Below are positions 11,535 to 26,400 of a DNA stretch of 64,000 nucleotides, one piece after another. The first letter of the stretch is position 1; every line of letters starts with the position of its first letter. The DNA is taken from the NCBI GenBank assembly GCA_964016885.1, contig OZ024744.1, forward strand, positions 29,884,001 through 29,948,000, read 5' to 3'. The DNA is from Eledone cirrhosa. Its lineage: Eukaryota. Under the pieces are notes generated by a model. That model did no database searches. It was not told the DNA's origin and worked only from the letters and a program-made list of their open reading frames with translations. Position numbers and translations under genes: made by a program.

Positions 11535-14500
11535 CCTTAATATCTTTCCTAACTATCTTTCCTTCCCCCTTACTATCTTTACTTCCCCCCTTACTATCTT
11601 TCCTTCCCTCCTTACTATCTTTCCTTCCTTACTATATTTCCTTCCCTCCTTACTATCTTTCCTTCCCTCCTTACTATCTTTCCTTCCCCCCTTACTATAT
11701 TTCCTTCCCCCCCTTACTATCTTTCCTTCCTTACTATATTTCCTTCCCTCCTTACTATCTTTCCTTCCCCCCTTACTATCTTTCCTTCCTTACTATATTT
11801 CCTTCCTTCCTTACTGTCTTTCCTTCCCCCCTTACTATCTTTCCTTCCTTCCTTATTATATTTCCTTCCTACCTTACTCTCTTTCCTTCCCTCCTTACTA
11901 TATTTCCTTCCTTCCTTACTATCTTTCCTTCCTTACTATATTTCCTTCCTTACTATCTTTCCTTCCCTCCTTACTATATTTCCTTCCTTCCTTACTATCT
12001 TTCCTTCCCTTCTTACTATCTTTCCTTCCTTCTTTAGTATCTTTCCTTCCTTCCTTACTATATTTCCTTCCCTCCTTACAATATTTCCTACCTTACTTTA
12101 TTTCCTTCCCTCCTTACTCTCTTTCCTCCCCTCCTTTATATATTTCCTTCCTTCCTTACAATATTTCCTTCCTTGCTATCTTTCCTTCCTTACTATCTTT
12201 CCTTCCTTCCTTACTATATTTCCTTCCTTACAATCTTTCCTTCCCCCCGTACTATATTTCCTTCCCTCCTTACTATATTTCCTCCCTTCCTTACTATATT
12301 TCTTTCCTTACTGTCTTTCCTCCCTTCCTTACTATCTTTCCTTCCTGCCTTACTATATTTACGTCTTTCTTTACTATCTTTCCTTCCTTCCTTACTATCT
12401 TTCCTTCCTTCCTTACTATATTTCCTTCCCTCCTTACTATATTTCCTCCCTTCCTTACTATCTTTCCTTCCTTCCTTACTGTCTTTCCTTCCCTTCTTAC
12501 TATCTTTCCTTCCTTCCTTACTATATTTCCTCCCTTCCTTACTATCTTTCCTTCCTTCCTTACTGTCTTTCCTTCCCTTCTTACTATCTTTCCTTCCTTC
12601 CTTACTATATTTCCTTCCCTCCTTACTATCTTTCCTTCCCTCCTTACTATCTTTCCTTCCTTACTATCTTTCCTTCATTCCTTACTATCTTTCCTTCCTT
12701 CCTTACTATCTTTCCTTCCCTCCTTACTATATTTCCTTCCTTCCCTTCTATCTTTCCTTCCCTCCTTACTATCTTTCCTCCCTTCCTTACTATCTTTCCT
12801 TCCTTTCTTACTAACTTTCCTTCCCTCCTTACTATCTTTCCTTCCCTTCTTACTATCTTTCCTTCCTTCCATAGTATCTTTCCTTCCTTCCTTACTATAT
12901 TTCCTTCCCTCCTTACTATATTTCCTTCCTTACATTATTTCCTTCCCTCCTTACTCTCTTTCCTCCCCTCCTTTATATATTTCCTTCCTTACTATATTTC
13001 CTTCCTTGCTATCTTTCCTTCCTTCCTTACTATCTTTTCTTCCTTCCTTACTATATTTCCTTCCTTACAATCTTTCCTTCCCCCCGTACTATATTTCCTT
13101 CCCTCCTTACTATATTTCCTCCCTTCCTTACTATATTTCCTTCCTTCCTTACTGTCTTTCCTCCCTTCCTTACTATCTTTCCTTCCTTCCTTACTATCTT
13201 TCCTTCCTTCCTTACTATCTTTCCTTCCTTCCTTACTATATTTCCTTCTCTCCTTACTATATTTCCTCCCTTTCTTAATATCTTTCCTTCCTTCCTTATT
13301 ATATTTCCTCCCTTCCTTACTATCTTTCCTTCCTTCCTTACTGTCTTTCCTTCCCTTCTTACTATCTTTCCTTCCTTCCTTACTATATTTCCTTCCCTCC
13401 TTACTATCTTTCCTTCCCTCCTTACTATCTTTCCTTCCTTCCTTACTATCTTTCCTTCATTCCTTACTATCTTTCCTTCCTTCCTTACTATCTTTCCTTC
13501 CCTCCTTACTATATTTCCTTCCTTCCCTACTATCTTTCCTTCTCTCCTTACTATATTTCCTCCCTTTCTTAATATCTTTCCTTCCTTCCTTATTATATTT
13601 CCTCCCTTCCTTACTATCTTTCCTTCCTTCCTTACTGTCTTTCCTTCCCTCCTTACTATCTTTCCTTCCCTCCTTACTATATTTCCTTCCTTCCTTACTA
13701 TCTTTCCTTCCTTCCTTACTATATTTCCTTCCTTCCTTACTATCTTTCCTTCCCTCCTTACTATCTTTCCTTCCCTTCTTACTATGTTTCCTTCCCTTCT
13801 TACTATCTTTCCTTCCCTCCTTACTATCTTTCCTTCCCTTCTTACTATATTTCCTTCCCTTCTTACTATATTTCCTTCCCTCCTTACTATCTTTCCTTCC
13901 CCACTATCTTTCCTTCGCCACTATCTTTCCTTCCCTCCTTACTATCTTTCCTCCCTTCCTTACTATTTTTCCTTCCTTCCTTACTGTCTTTCCTTCCATC
14001 CTTACTATATTTCCTTCCTTACTATCTTTCCTTCTTTCCTTATTATATTTCCTTCCCTCCTTACTATATTTCCTTCCCTCCTTGCTAACTTTCCTTTCCC
14101 CCTTACTATATATTTCCTTCCTTCCTCATTATATATCCTTCCTTCCTTACTATCTTTCCTTCCTTCCTTACTATCTTTCCTTCCTTCCTTACTATCTTTC
14201 CTTCCTTCCTTACTATCTTTCCTTCCTTTCTTACTAACTTTCCTTCCCTCCTTACTATCTTTCCTTCCCTTCTTACTATCTTTCCTTCCTTCCATAGTAT
14301 CTTTCCTTCCTTCCTTACTATATTTCCTTCCCTCCTTACTATATTTCCTTCCTTACATTATTTCCTTCCCTCCTTACTCTCTTTCCTCCCCTCCTTTATA
14401 TATTTCCTTCCTTACTATATTTCCTTCCTTGCTATCTTTCCTTCCTTCCTTACTATCTTTTCTTCCTTCCTTACTATATTTCCTTCCTTACAATCTTTCC

Positions 14501-17500
14501 TTCCCCCCGTACTATATTTCCTTCCCTCCTTACTATATTTCCTCCCTTCCTTACTATATTTCCTTCCTTCCTTACTGTCTTCCCTCCCTTCCTTACTATC
14601 TTTCCTTCCTTCTTTACTATCTTTCCTTCCTTCCTTACTATCTTTCCTTCCTTCCTTACTATATTTCCTTCCCTCCTTACTATATTTCCTCCCTTTCTTA
14701 ATATCTTTCCTTCCTTCCTTATTATATTTCCTCCCTTCCTTACTATCTTTCCTTCCTTCCTTACTGTCTTTCCTTCCCTTCTTACTATCTTTCCTTCCTT
14801 CCTTACTATATTTCCTTCCCTCCTTACTATCTTTCCTTCCCTCCTTACTATCTTTCCTTCCTTCCTTACTATCTTTCCTTCATTCCTTACTATCTTTCCT
14901 TCCTTCCTTACTATCTTTCCTTCCCTCCTTACTATATTTCCTTCCTTCCCTACTATCTTTCCTTCTCTCCTTACTATCTTTCCTTCCTTACTATATTTCC
15001 TTCCTTCCTTACAATCTTTCCTTCCCTCCTTACTATCTTTCCTTCCCTTCTTACTATGTTTCCTTCCCTTCTTACTATCTTTCCTTCCCTCCTTACTATC
15101 TTTCCTTCCCTTCTTACTATATTTCCTTCCCTTCTTACTATATTTCCTTCCCTCCTTACTATCTTTCCTTCCCCACTATCTTTCCTTCTTACTATCTTTC
15201 CTTCCCTCCTTACTATCTTTCCTCCCTTCCTTACTATTTTTCCTTCCTTCCTTACTGTCTTTCCTTCCATCCTTACTATATTTCCTTCCTTACTATCTTT
15301 CCTTCTTTCCTTATTATATTTCCTTCCCTCCTTACTAAATTTCCTTCCCTCCTTGCTAACTTTCCTTTCCCCCTTACTATATATTTCCTTCCTTCCTCAT
15401 TATATATCCTTCCTTCCTTACTATCTTTCCTTCCTTCCTTACTCTCTTTCCTTCCTTCCTTACTATCTTTCCTCCCTTCCTTACTATCTTTCCTGCCCTC
15501 CTTACTATATTTCCTTCCTTTCTTACTAACTTTCCTTACTTCCTTACTATCTTTCCTTCCTTCCTTACTATCCTTCCTTCCTTCCTTTCTATCCTTCCCT
15601 CCTTACTATATTTCCTTCCTTCCTTACTATCTTTCTATCCTTATTATCTTTCCTTCCTTCCTCACTATCCTTCCTTCCTTACTATCTTTCCTTCATTCCT
15701 TACTATCTTTCCTTCCTTACTATATTTCCTTCCGTCCTTACTATCTTTCCTCCCATCCTTACTATATTTCCTTCTTTCCTTACTATATTTCCTTCCTCCC
15801 TTACTATCTTTCCCTCCTTATAATCTTTCCTTCCTTCCTTACTATCTTTCCCTCCTTACAATCTTTCCTTCCTTCCTTACTATCTGTCCTTCCCTCTTTA
15901 CTATATTTCCTTCCTTCCTTACTATCATTCCTTCCCTCCTTACCATATTTCCTTCCTCCCTTACTATATTTCTTTCCTTACTATATTTCCTTCCTTCCTT
16001 ACTATCTTTCCTTCCCTCCTCTCTAAATTTCCTTCCTTCCTTACTATCTTTCCTTCCTTCCTTACTATCTTTCCTTACTTCCTTACTATATTTCCTTCCT
16101 TCCTTACTATCTTTCCTTCCTTCCTTACTATCTTTTCTTCCTTACTATCTTTCCTTCCTTCCTCACTAGTCTTCCTTCCTTCCTTACTATATTTCCTTCC
16201 TTCCTTACTATATTTCCTTCCCCCTTACTATATTTCCTTCCTTCCTTACTATTCTTCCTCCCCTCTTACTATATTTACTTCCTTCCTTACTATCTTTCCT
16301 TCCCTCCTTACTAAACTTTCCTTCCCTACGTACTATATTACGTTTCTTCCTTACTATATTTCCTTCCCTCCTTACTATCTTTCCATCCCTCCTTACTATA
16401 TTTCCTTCCTTAATATATTTCCTTCCTTCCTTACTATCTTTTCTTCCTTAGTATCCTTCCTTCCTTCTTTACTATTTTTCCTTCCTTCCTTACTATCTTT
16501 CCTTCCTTACAATATTTCTTTCCTTCCTTACTATCATTCCTTCCTTCCTTACGATATTTCCTTCGTTCCTAACTATATTTCCTTCCATCCTTACTATATT
16601 TCCTTCCTTCCTTACTGTCCTTCCTTCCCTTCTTACTATCTTTCCTTCCTTCCTTACTATCTTTCTATCCTTATTATCTTTCCTTCCTTCCTCACTATCC
16701 TTCCTTCCTTACTATCTTTCCTTCATTCCTTACTATCTTTCCTTCCTTACTATATTTCCTTCCGTCCTTACTATCTTTCCTCCCATCCTTACTATATTTC
16801 CTTCTTTCCTTACTATATTTCCTTCCTCCCTTACTATCTTTCCCTCCTTATAATCTTTCCTTCCTTCCTTACTATCTTTCCCTCCTTACAATCTTTCCTT
16901 CCTTCCTTACTATCTGTCCTTCCCTCTTTACTATATTTCCTTCCTTCCTTACTATCATTCCTTCCCTCCTTACCATATTTCCTTCCTCCCTTACTATATT
17001 TCTTTCCTTACTATATTTCCTTCCTTCCTTACTATCTTTCCTTCCCTCCTCTCTAAATTTCCTTCCTTCCTTACTATCTTTCCTTCCTTCCTTACTATCT
17101 TTCCTTACTTCCTTACTATATTTCCTTCCTTCCTTACTATCTTTCCTTCCTTCCTTACTATCTTTTCTTCCTTACTATCTTTCCTTCCTTCCTCACTAGT
17201 CTTCCTTCCTTCCTTACTATATTTCCTTCCTTCCTTACTATATTTCCTTCCCCCTTACTATATTTCCTTCCTTCCTTACTATTCTTCCTCCCCTCTTACT
17301 ATATTTACTTCCTTCCTTACTATCTTTCCTTCCCTCCTTACTAAACTTTCCTTCCCTACGTACTATATTACGTTTCTTCCTTACTATATTTCCTTCCCTC
17401 CTTACTATCTTTCCATCCCTCCTTACTATATTTCCTTCCTTAATATATTTCCTTCCTTCCTTACTATCTTTTCTTCCTTAGTATCCTTCCTTCCTTCTTT

Positions 17501-19185
17501 ACTATTTTTCCTTCCTTCCTTACTATCTTTCCTTCCTTACAATATTTCTTTCCTTCCTTACTATCATTCCTTCCTTCCTTACGATATTTCCTTCGTTCCT
17601 AACTATATTTCCTTCCATCCTTACTATATTTCCTTCCTTCCTTACTGTCCTTCCTTCCCTTCTTACTATCTTTCCTTCCTTCCTTACTATCTTTCCCTCC
17701 TTCCTTACTATATTTCCTTCCCTCCTTACTATATTTCCTTCTTTCATTACTATATTTCCTTCCCTCCCTACTCTCTTTCCTTCCCTCGTTACTATATTTT
17801 CTTCCTTCCTTACTATATTTCCTTCCTTACTTGCTATTTTTCTTTCCTTCCTTACTATCTTTCCTACCTTCCTTACTATATTTCCTTTCTTCCTTACTGT
17901 CTTTCCTTCCTTCCTTACTATCTTTCCTTCCCTCCTTACTATATTTCCTTCCTTACTATATTTCCTCTCTTCCTTACTATCTTTCCTTCCTTCCTGACTA
18001 TATTTCCTTCCTTCCTAACTATCTTTCTTTCCCTCCTTACTATCTTTGCTTCCTTACTATCTTTCCTTCGTTCCTTACTATATTTCCTTCCCTCCTTACT
18101 ATATTTTCGTCCCCGTTACTATATTTCCTTCCTTCCTTACTATCATTCCTTCCTCCCTTACTACCTTTCCTTCCTTACTATCTTTCTTTCCTCCCTTACT
18201 ATCTTTCCTTCCTACCTTACTATCTTTCCTTCCCTCCTTACTATCTTTCCTTCCTCCCTTATTATCTTTCCTTCCCTCCTTACTATTCTTTCCTTCCCTC
18301 CTTACTATCTTTCCTGCCCTCCTTACTATCTTTCCTGCCCTCCTTACTATCTTTCCTTGCTTCCTTACTATCTTCCCTTCCTTACTATCTTTCCTTCCTT
18401 CCTTACTATCTTCCCTTCCTTACTATATTTCCTTCCCTCCTTACTATCTTTCCTGCCCTCCTTACTATCTTTCCTTCCTTTCTTCCTCTATTTCCTCCCT
18501 TCCTTACTATCTTTCCTTATTTCCTTACTATCCTTCCCTTCCTCCTTACTATCTTTCCTTCCTTACTATATTTCCTTCCTTCCTTATTATCTTTCCTTCC
18601 CTCCTCACTATTCTTTCCTGCCCTCCTTACTACATTTCCTTCCTTCCTTACTATCTTTCCCTCCCTACTTACAATATTTCCTTCCTTCCTTACTAGCTTT
18701 CCTTCCCCCCTTACTATATATTTCCTTCCTTCCTTATTATATTTCCTTCCTTACTATCTTCCCTTCCCTCCTTACTATATTTCCTTCCTTACTATATTTC
18801 CTTCCTTACTTACTATCTCTCCTTCCTTCCTTACTATATTTCCTTCCCTCCTTACTATATTTACTTCCTTCCTTACTATATTTCCTTCCTTCCTTACTAT
18901 CTTTCCTTCCCTCCTCACTATTCTTTCCTGCCCTCCTTACTATATTTCCTTCCTTCCTTACTATCTTTCCTTCCCTACTTACAATCTATCCTTCACTCCT
19001 TACTATCTTTCCTTCCCTTCTTACTATATTTCCTTCCTTCCTTACTATATTTCCTTCCTTCCTTGCTATCTTTCCTTCCTTACTATATTTCCTTCTTTCC
19101 TTGCTATCTTTCCTTACCTCCTTACTATCTTTCCCTCCTTCCTATCTTTCCCTCCTTCCTTACTATATTTACTTCCCTCCTTACT
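11535..19185 (+). repeat. 21/17-bp pyrimidine-rich satellite, block 1 (CCTTACTATMTTTCCTTCCTT)
   Basis: Hundreds of tandem units differ by one CCTT tetramer and point changes. The + strand is almost devoid of G. It contains kb-scale internal duplications. Confidence 0.97.
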
Positions 19186-22100
19186 ATTTCAAATAAAACA
19201 AAAAAAACCAGCGCAACCATCTCAAGCCGAAATTCAGTTAGTCTTGAAAGACGCGATGAGAGACATCACTTTTATACAAAAGGATAAACTCTATGGGAGT
19301 TTATCCATATTGATGAAAGACGAATTGGCGGCGAAAAAATACTCTGTGTCGCCAATTCGGTCCACACACTACACCTTCTTCCCCACCTACATGGGTAAAA
19401 AAACCCCAGAAGATATGGATAACCACCATCACCCCAAACATAAACTACTGGTGGTTACTAATCGGCTTCCTCAATTTAGACGAGGACAACCTCATTTCAA
19501 TAGGGAAAGCATCCGGCGACGCGTTCAGTGGAACGAGCATCGAAGTTCTGACCCAAATAAGGCCAGAACGCATCGCCCAAATCCCTGAGCGCGTCATGCT
19601 GGATGACCGTACCCACCTCAACATTATTGTGGAGGGTAGGCGTCCCTCCTGTTACCTCTGTGGCAATAGAGGTCACCTGAGGGCTGCCTGTCCCCAGCTC
19701 ACACAGAAAAAAACACTGCTACCCCCCCCCCCCCCCCACAACAACAACAACAACAACAAACACGTGAAAAAATAACACAGAATACCGTCCCACCCAATCC
19801 CTCCCCACCCAAAACAAATACAAAAACCCACTCACCGCAAACACTACCAAAAAACATACCCCTCCCACCCAACAAGGAAGACGAACCCTTTCGTCGCAAG
19901 ACGAAAAAGATCCCTTCCAACAAGTAAAAAGAAAGAAGAGGAGACGCACCACAGACACACATGTTAACTTTAACCCCCCCCCCCCAAGAGAACACAAACT
20001 ACACACAAACCACCCCTCCCTGTCACACAACACTAACTGCTACACAAGAAAAGACCTTACAATATACATACATGAACACAGACAACAAAGAATTACGGAA
20101 AACAATTTCAGCAAACCCTTCGGTCCAAACTGAAGGGCCTAACTTTATAACTGCTGTGGGACTACCTCATTTAAAAATGATAAAAGTCCCAATGCACTTG
20201 TACAAAACACTCAAAATAAATTTCACGGAGGACGTGTCCCCCCCCCCCCCCTGTGCCAAACCAATCAACCGCGTCCTCCTAAAAAATGTCACCCACCCCC
20301 ACCCAGACACCCACTCAACCACAAACACCCCAACCCCACAACACACCGATGCCCCTTCACTTCCACAAACCACCACCCCACCCAACAACCCATCCCCAAC
20401 CAGCATGGAAATTGAGCGGCCCGTTTCCCGGGACGCAGAAAGGTAAGTGCCTTTTCTCCTTACCACCAACATGGCTGTGCTAAGAGTAGGGTGTCTAAAT
20501 GCGCGTGGCCTAAGCTCGTCTTGGAAGCAAGCAATGCTTCTAAATGAGCTCAGGTCACAATCTATAAATGTGATGGTTATCTGCGAGGCCCTGATCAGCA
20601 GCATGCGACAGCTAGCCCACACCTTTGACGACTTTGAGATGCACGCATCTCTCTGTCAGCCCGGAGGTGGGGGTGGGGTTGTCGTTCTGCTGCAAAAACA
20701 TATGGGCCTTGCAACACAGATAGTTCACTTGGACCCAGGGGGTCGACTGGTGGTGCTGGACCTTGGCAGTGGTGAAGGTAGAGCCTTTAGGCTGGTAGCC
20801 GCATATGCCCCTTTTGGGACAGAGCGGCCCGACTTTTTCCAGCGTCTGGAGTCTTTTCTAGGGACGTCCCGTTCCCTGCTTTTAGTGGGGGATTGGAATG
20901 GTATCCTGGATGCACGTTGGGACTATGCAGGGGCATGTCCCGATAGAGAGGGGTGCAACAGCCTCAAGGGGTTACTCGGCCGATTTGACCTGGCCGATAG
21001 ATTTCGACTAGATTTTCCGACGGTGCCAACCTGGTCTTGGTCAAATCGCAGCGGATCATCTAGGTCGTACCTAGATAGATTTTTAGTTAGAAATAAGGAC
21101 AGGGACTTTTTAAGTTGTCCAGAAATGCTCATGGTTGGCTATTCAGACCACAAGTTGGTGACCTGCATGGTCAACCTTGATAGAACGCATAGACAGGGCC
21201 CCGGTTACTGGAAGCTCAACTTGTCCTTGCCGGCAAGTAGAGCCTACAGGGATCGGATTAGTACGTTAGTTAAGGAACGGTTGACTGGAGCGATCGTCAA
21301 CAGCAGGTGGTGGGTATCTCTAAAGAGAGAGATTAGAGTAGTCTCGATAGAATTTAGTAAGGTTCTAGCTGCGGATAGGAATAGGAAGGAAAGGGAGCTA
21401 ATAGATAGAGTAGAAGAGGCAATTAGAAGAGGCGACGTGGCCAGAGTGCTAGCGTCGAGAACGGCTTTGAGCCAGTTTTTCGACGCGAAGCACGAAGGCT
21501 GCGTTGTCCGAAGTAAAATACGTGCTCTAGGGAACGAGGGGACCAAAGCTGTTAGCTGGGCCCGCGTGACAGAGGCCAACAGTGGAACTAAATCCACCAT
21601 CCGGTCTTTGCGAGACCTGGATGGACGGGCGATTCTTGAGCCTAAGCAGATGTGTGAGGCCTTTCAAAGGCACTTTGCCCGACTGTTCGGGAGGGGCGGG
21701 GAGCCGGTTGGGAACGTGGACTTCGGTCCATACCTCGACGGCCTGCCGCGCCTCTCGGACAGGGAGGCGAAGTCCTGCGAGGAGCCGATTTCGGCCGCTG
21801 AGATAGAGGACGTGCTGAGCCAATGCGGCAAACGCAAATCCCCGGGTCTCGATGGTCTTCCTTACGAATTATATCTAGCTATGCCGGACTTGTTCCCCGA
21901 TCTCCTCGAGGCGGTCTACTGCAACTGGCAACAGAACGGGAGAATTCCCTGTACTGTGACCAAGGGCGTAGTCACGCTAGTGAGGAAGGACGAGAACAAG
22001 GGGGACGAAATAAGTAACTTCAGGCCCATAACTCTGCTAAATACAGAGTTACAGATTTTGGCCAAGGTGCTAGCAAAGAGGTTGGTGCTTGTCGTGGGCA

Positions 22101-23421
22101 ACCTGGTGGGAGATGCGCAGCCATGCGCTATCCCGTCCAGGTCCATCCATGACAACCTCCACCTCATGCGATACATCATAGAGAGGGTTGGGAACGAACC
22201 CGGCTTTGGTGGGGCTCTGATCAACTTGGATCAATCTAAGGCGTTCGATAGGGTCGACCATGGTTACCTGGATGCGGTGCTAGCGGCGGCAGGCTTCGGA
22301 CCGGTTTTCAAGGGCTGGATCACTGTTATGCACAGCAGCCGCATCTGCTCTAGGGTCAAGGTGAACGGCTACCTCTCGGAGCCGTTCAAAATCGCGCGGT
22401 CCATCCGACAAGGGTGCCCTCTCTCCTCCCTTCTGTATGTGTTGATTCTCGAGCCACAACTGCGGAAGTTGGAGTTGTTGCAGGGCATCCCTTTGGAACC
22501 GGGATTGCGGAAAGCGGTGTCGGCCTACGCCGATGACGTGACAGTAATGGTGTCGACGGCCTCCGAAATCGAGGCGGTCGGCACCTTACTGGAGGAGTAC
22601 GAAAGGTTCACAGGGGCTAAGCTGAACCGGGACAAGTCGATCGGTTTGCAACTCGGCACGTGGAGGGGCAGACCGATGCCCTCCGATGGCGTCGTCGGAC
22701 GCTGGACGGAGGGCCCGGTGAAGTTGCTCGGGGTCTGGTTCGGACCGGACCTCCAGGTGGAGAAAAACTGGGCGGAGGTTACGAACAGGGTGTTTGCACT
22801 GACCCAGAAGTGGGCCAGTTGCAAACTATCCCTGAAAGGTCGGGCGGAGGTGGCGAACACCTACATAGCGTCCGTCATCTACTACCGCCTGGCCGTAGTG
22901 CCCTGCCCAAGGGAAACCCTCACCAAGATGGAGCGCGCACTCTTCCAATTCCTTTGGAAGAGGCGGGCTCCTATGGTGAGGAGATCCATCTGCTGTCAAC
23001 ACCCTTCGAAAGGAGGGCTGGGGATGCCGTGGCTAATGATGCGTAAACACGCATTAAGGCTACGGCACCTCTACGTATTCCTCACCGGACAACCGGTGTG
23101 GGCCTCGTTTGTGAGACGAACCTTTCCCAGACTCGTCTCACTCACCGAGCTGCAATCCTGGGCCAAGCAAAGACCGAGAAAACTGGGCGCCTGGCACACT
23201 GAGTGTGCCCAGGCGCTCACGGCCCTCTGGCAGGCGGATCCGGTTATCAGTGGAGACTCCACCGCATCATTCTATAGAGGGCTGGTACGCAGCAGGTGCG
23301 ACGACGCCCTCGGAGAAGCCCTAGACATGGAGGAGGACGAACTGGCCAGCCTGTTCGGTAGGACATTCAGCCCGGGACCTATGGCCAACTTCCAGAAGTC
23401 CCTGGCCTGGCAGTGCTACCG
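19186..23421 (+). mobile_element. Tx1-like element subfamily B, copy 1, truncated at both ends, inside the satellite
   Basis: Partial frameshifted ORF1 (CYLCGNRGHLRAAC knuckle at about 19649-19692) followed by an open ORF2 from 20471 that runs directly into satellite after WQCYR. Confidence 0.92.
20471..23421 (+). CDS. Tx1-B ORF2 (APE + RT), uninterrupted but 3'-truncated
   Basis: MAVLRVGCLNARG start; GDWN, YLDR, YSDH, FRPITLLN, LDQSKAFDRV, RQGCPLS, YADD. It lacks the C-terminal finger, and the ORF-track tail to 23608 is satellite read-through. Confidence 0.85.
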
Positions 23422-23422
23422 T

Positions 23423-26400
23423 AATCCTTACAATATTTCCTTCCCACCTTACTATATTTCCTTCCCTCCTTACTATATTTCCTTCCTTACTATCTTTCAT
23501 TCCTACCTTACTCTCTTTCCTTCCTTCCTTCCTATCATTCCCTCCTTACTATATTTCCTTCCTTACTATATTTCCTTCCTTTCTTACTATCTTTCCTTCC
23601 TTCCTTAGTATTCTTCCTTCCTTCCTTACTATTTTTCCTTCCTTACTATCTTTCCTTCCTTACTATATTTCCTTCCTTCATTACTATCTTATCTTCCCTC
23701 CCTACTATATTTCCTTCCTTCCTTACTATCTTCCCTTCCCTTCTTACTATACTTCCTGCCTTCCTTACTATCTTTCCTTCCCTTCTTACTATATTTCCTT
23801 CCTTACTCTCTTTCCTTCCTTCCTTACTATATTTTCTCCGTTCCTTACTATCTTTCCTTCCCTCCTTACTATATTTCCTTCCTTCCTTACTCTCTTTCCT
23901 TCCCTCCTTACTATCTTTCCTTCCTTCCTTACTATCTTTCCTTCCCTCCTTACTATAATTCCTCCCGTCCTTACTATCTTTCCTTCCCTCCTTACTATAT
24001 TTCCTTCCTTCCTTACTCTCTTTCCTTCCCTCCTTACTATCTTTCCTTCCTTCTTTACTGTATTTCCTTCCCTCCTTACTATATTTCCTTCCTTACTATC
24101 ATTCCTTCTTTCCTTACTATATTTCCTTCCCTTCTTACTATATTTCCTACTCGCCTTACTATCTCTCCTTCCTTCCTTACTATCTTTCCTTCCTTCCTTA
24201 CTATCTTTCCTTCCTACTTACTATCTTTCCTTCCTTCCTTACTATCTTTCCTTCCTTCGTTATTATATTTCCTTCCTTCCTTACTATCTTTCCTTCCTTC
24301 CTTACAATCTTTCCTTCCTACCTTACTCTCTTTCCTTCCTTCCTTACTATCTTTCCTTCCCTTCTTACTATCTTTCCTTCCTTACTATCCTTCTTCCTTC
24401 CTTACTATCTTTCCCTCATTCCTTACTATCTTTCCTTCCTTCCTTACTATTTTTCCTCCCTTCCTTACTATCTTTCCCCCCTTCCTTACTATATTTCCTT
24501 CCTTACTATCTTTCCTTCCTTCCTTACTATATATTCCTTCCTTCCTTACTAAATTTCCTTCCTTGCTTACTATATTTCCTTCCTTCCTTACTATCTTTCC
24601 CTCCTTCCTTACTATATTTCCTTCCTTACTATCTTTCTTCCTTCCTTACTATCCTTCCTTCCTTCTTTCCTTTCTATCGTTCCTTCCTTCCTTACTAACT
24701 TTCCTTCCCTCCTTACTATATTTCCTTCCTTCCTTACTATCTTTCCTTCCCTCCTTACTATCTGTCCTTCCTTCCTTACTATCTTTCCTTCCCTCCTTAC
24801 TATAATTCCTCCCATTCTTACTATCTTTCCTTCCCTCCTTACTATATTTCCTTCCTTCCTTACTCTCTTTCCTTCCCTCCTTACTATCTTTCCTTCCTTC
24901 TTTACTGTATTTCCTTCCCTCCTTACTATATTTCCTTCCTTACTATCATTCCTTCTTTCCTTACTATATTTCCTTCCCTTCCTACTATATTTCCTTCCCT
25001 CCTTACTATCTCTCCTTCCTTCCTTACTATCTTTCCTTCCTTCCTTACTATCTTTCCTTCCTAATTACTATCTTTCCTTCCTTCCTTATTATATTTCCTT
25101 CCTTCCTTTCTATCTTTCCTTCCTTCCTTACTATCTTTCCTCCCTTCCTTACTATCTTTCCCCCCTTCCTTACTATATTTCCTTCCTTACTATCTTTCCT
25201 TCCTTCCTTACTATATATTCCTTCCTTCCTTACTAAATTTCCTTCCTTGCTTACTATATTTCCTTCCTTCCTTACTATCTTTCCCTCCTTCCTTACTATA
25301 TTTCCTTCCTTACTATCTTTCCTTCCTTCCTTACTATCCTTCCTTCCTTCTTTCCTTTCTATCGTTCCTTCCTTCCTTACTAACTTTCCTTCCCTCCTTA
25401 CTATATTTCCTTCCTTCCTTACTATCTTTTCTTCCCTCCTTACTATCTTTCCTTCCTTTCTTACTGTCATTCCTTCCTTTCTTACTATCTTTCCTTCCTT
25501 ACTATCTTTCCTTCCCTCCTTACTGTCATTCCTTCCCTCCTTACTATATTTCCTTCTTTACTATCTTTCCTTCTTTCCTTACAATATTTCCTTCCTTCCT
25601 TACTATCTTTCCTTCCCTCCTTACTATATTTCCTTCTTCCTTACTATCTTTCCTTCCATCCTTACTATATTTCCTTCCTTACTATATTTCCTTCCTTCCT
25701 TACTATCTTTCCTTCCCTCCTTACTATATTTCCTTCCTTCCTTGCTATCTTTCCTTCCCTCCCTACTATATTTCCTTCCTTACTATCTTTCCTTCCCTTC
25801 TTACTATCTTTCCTTCCTTCCTTACTATCTTTCCTTCCCTCCTTACTATCTTTCCTTCCAACCGTACTATATTTCCTTCCGTCATTACTATCTTTCCTTC
25901 CCTCCTTACTATATTTTCTTCCCTCCTTACTATCTTTCCTTCCCTCCCTACTATATTTCCTTCCTTCCTTACTATCTTTCCTTCCCTTCTTACTATATTT
26001 CCTCCCTTCCTTATTCTCTTTCCTTCCCTCCTTACTATCTTTCCTTTCTCCTTTACTGTCTTTCCTTCCCTCCTTACTATATTTCCTTCCTTACTATCTT
26101 TCCTTCTTTCCTTACTATATTTCCTTCCCTTCTTACTATATTTTCTTCCATCCTTACTATCTCTCCTTCCTTCCTTACTATCTTCCCTCCCTTTCTTACT
26201 ATCTTTCCTTCCTCCTTACTATCTTTCCTTCCTTCCTTACTATCTTCCCTTCCTTCGTTATTATATTTCCTTTCTTCCTTACTATCTTTCCTTCCTTCCT
26301 TACAATCTTTCCTTCCTACCTTACTCTCTTTCCTTCCTTCCTTACTATCTTTCCTCTCTTCGTTACTATCTTTCCTTCCCTTCTTACTATCTTTCCTTCC

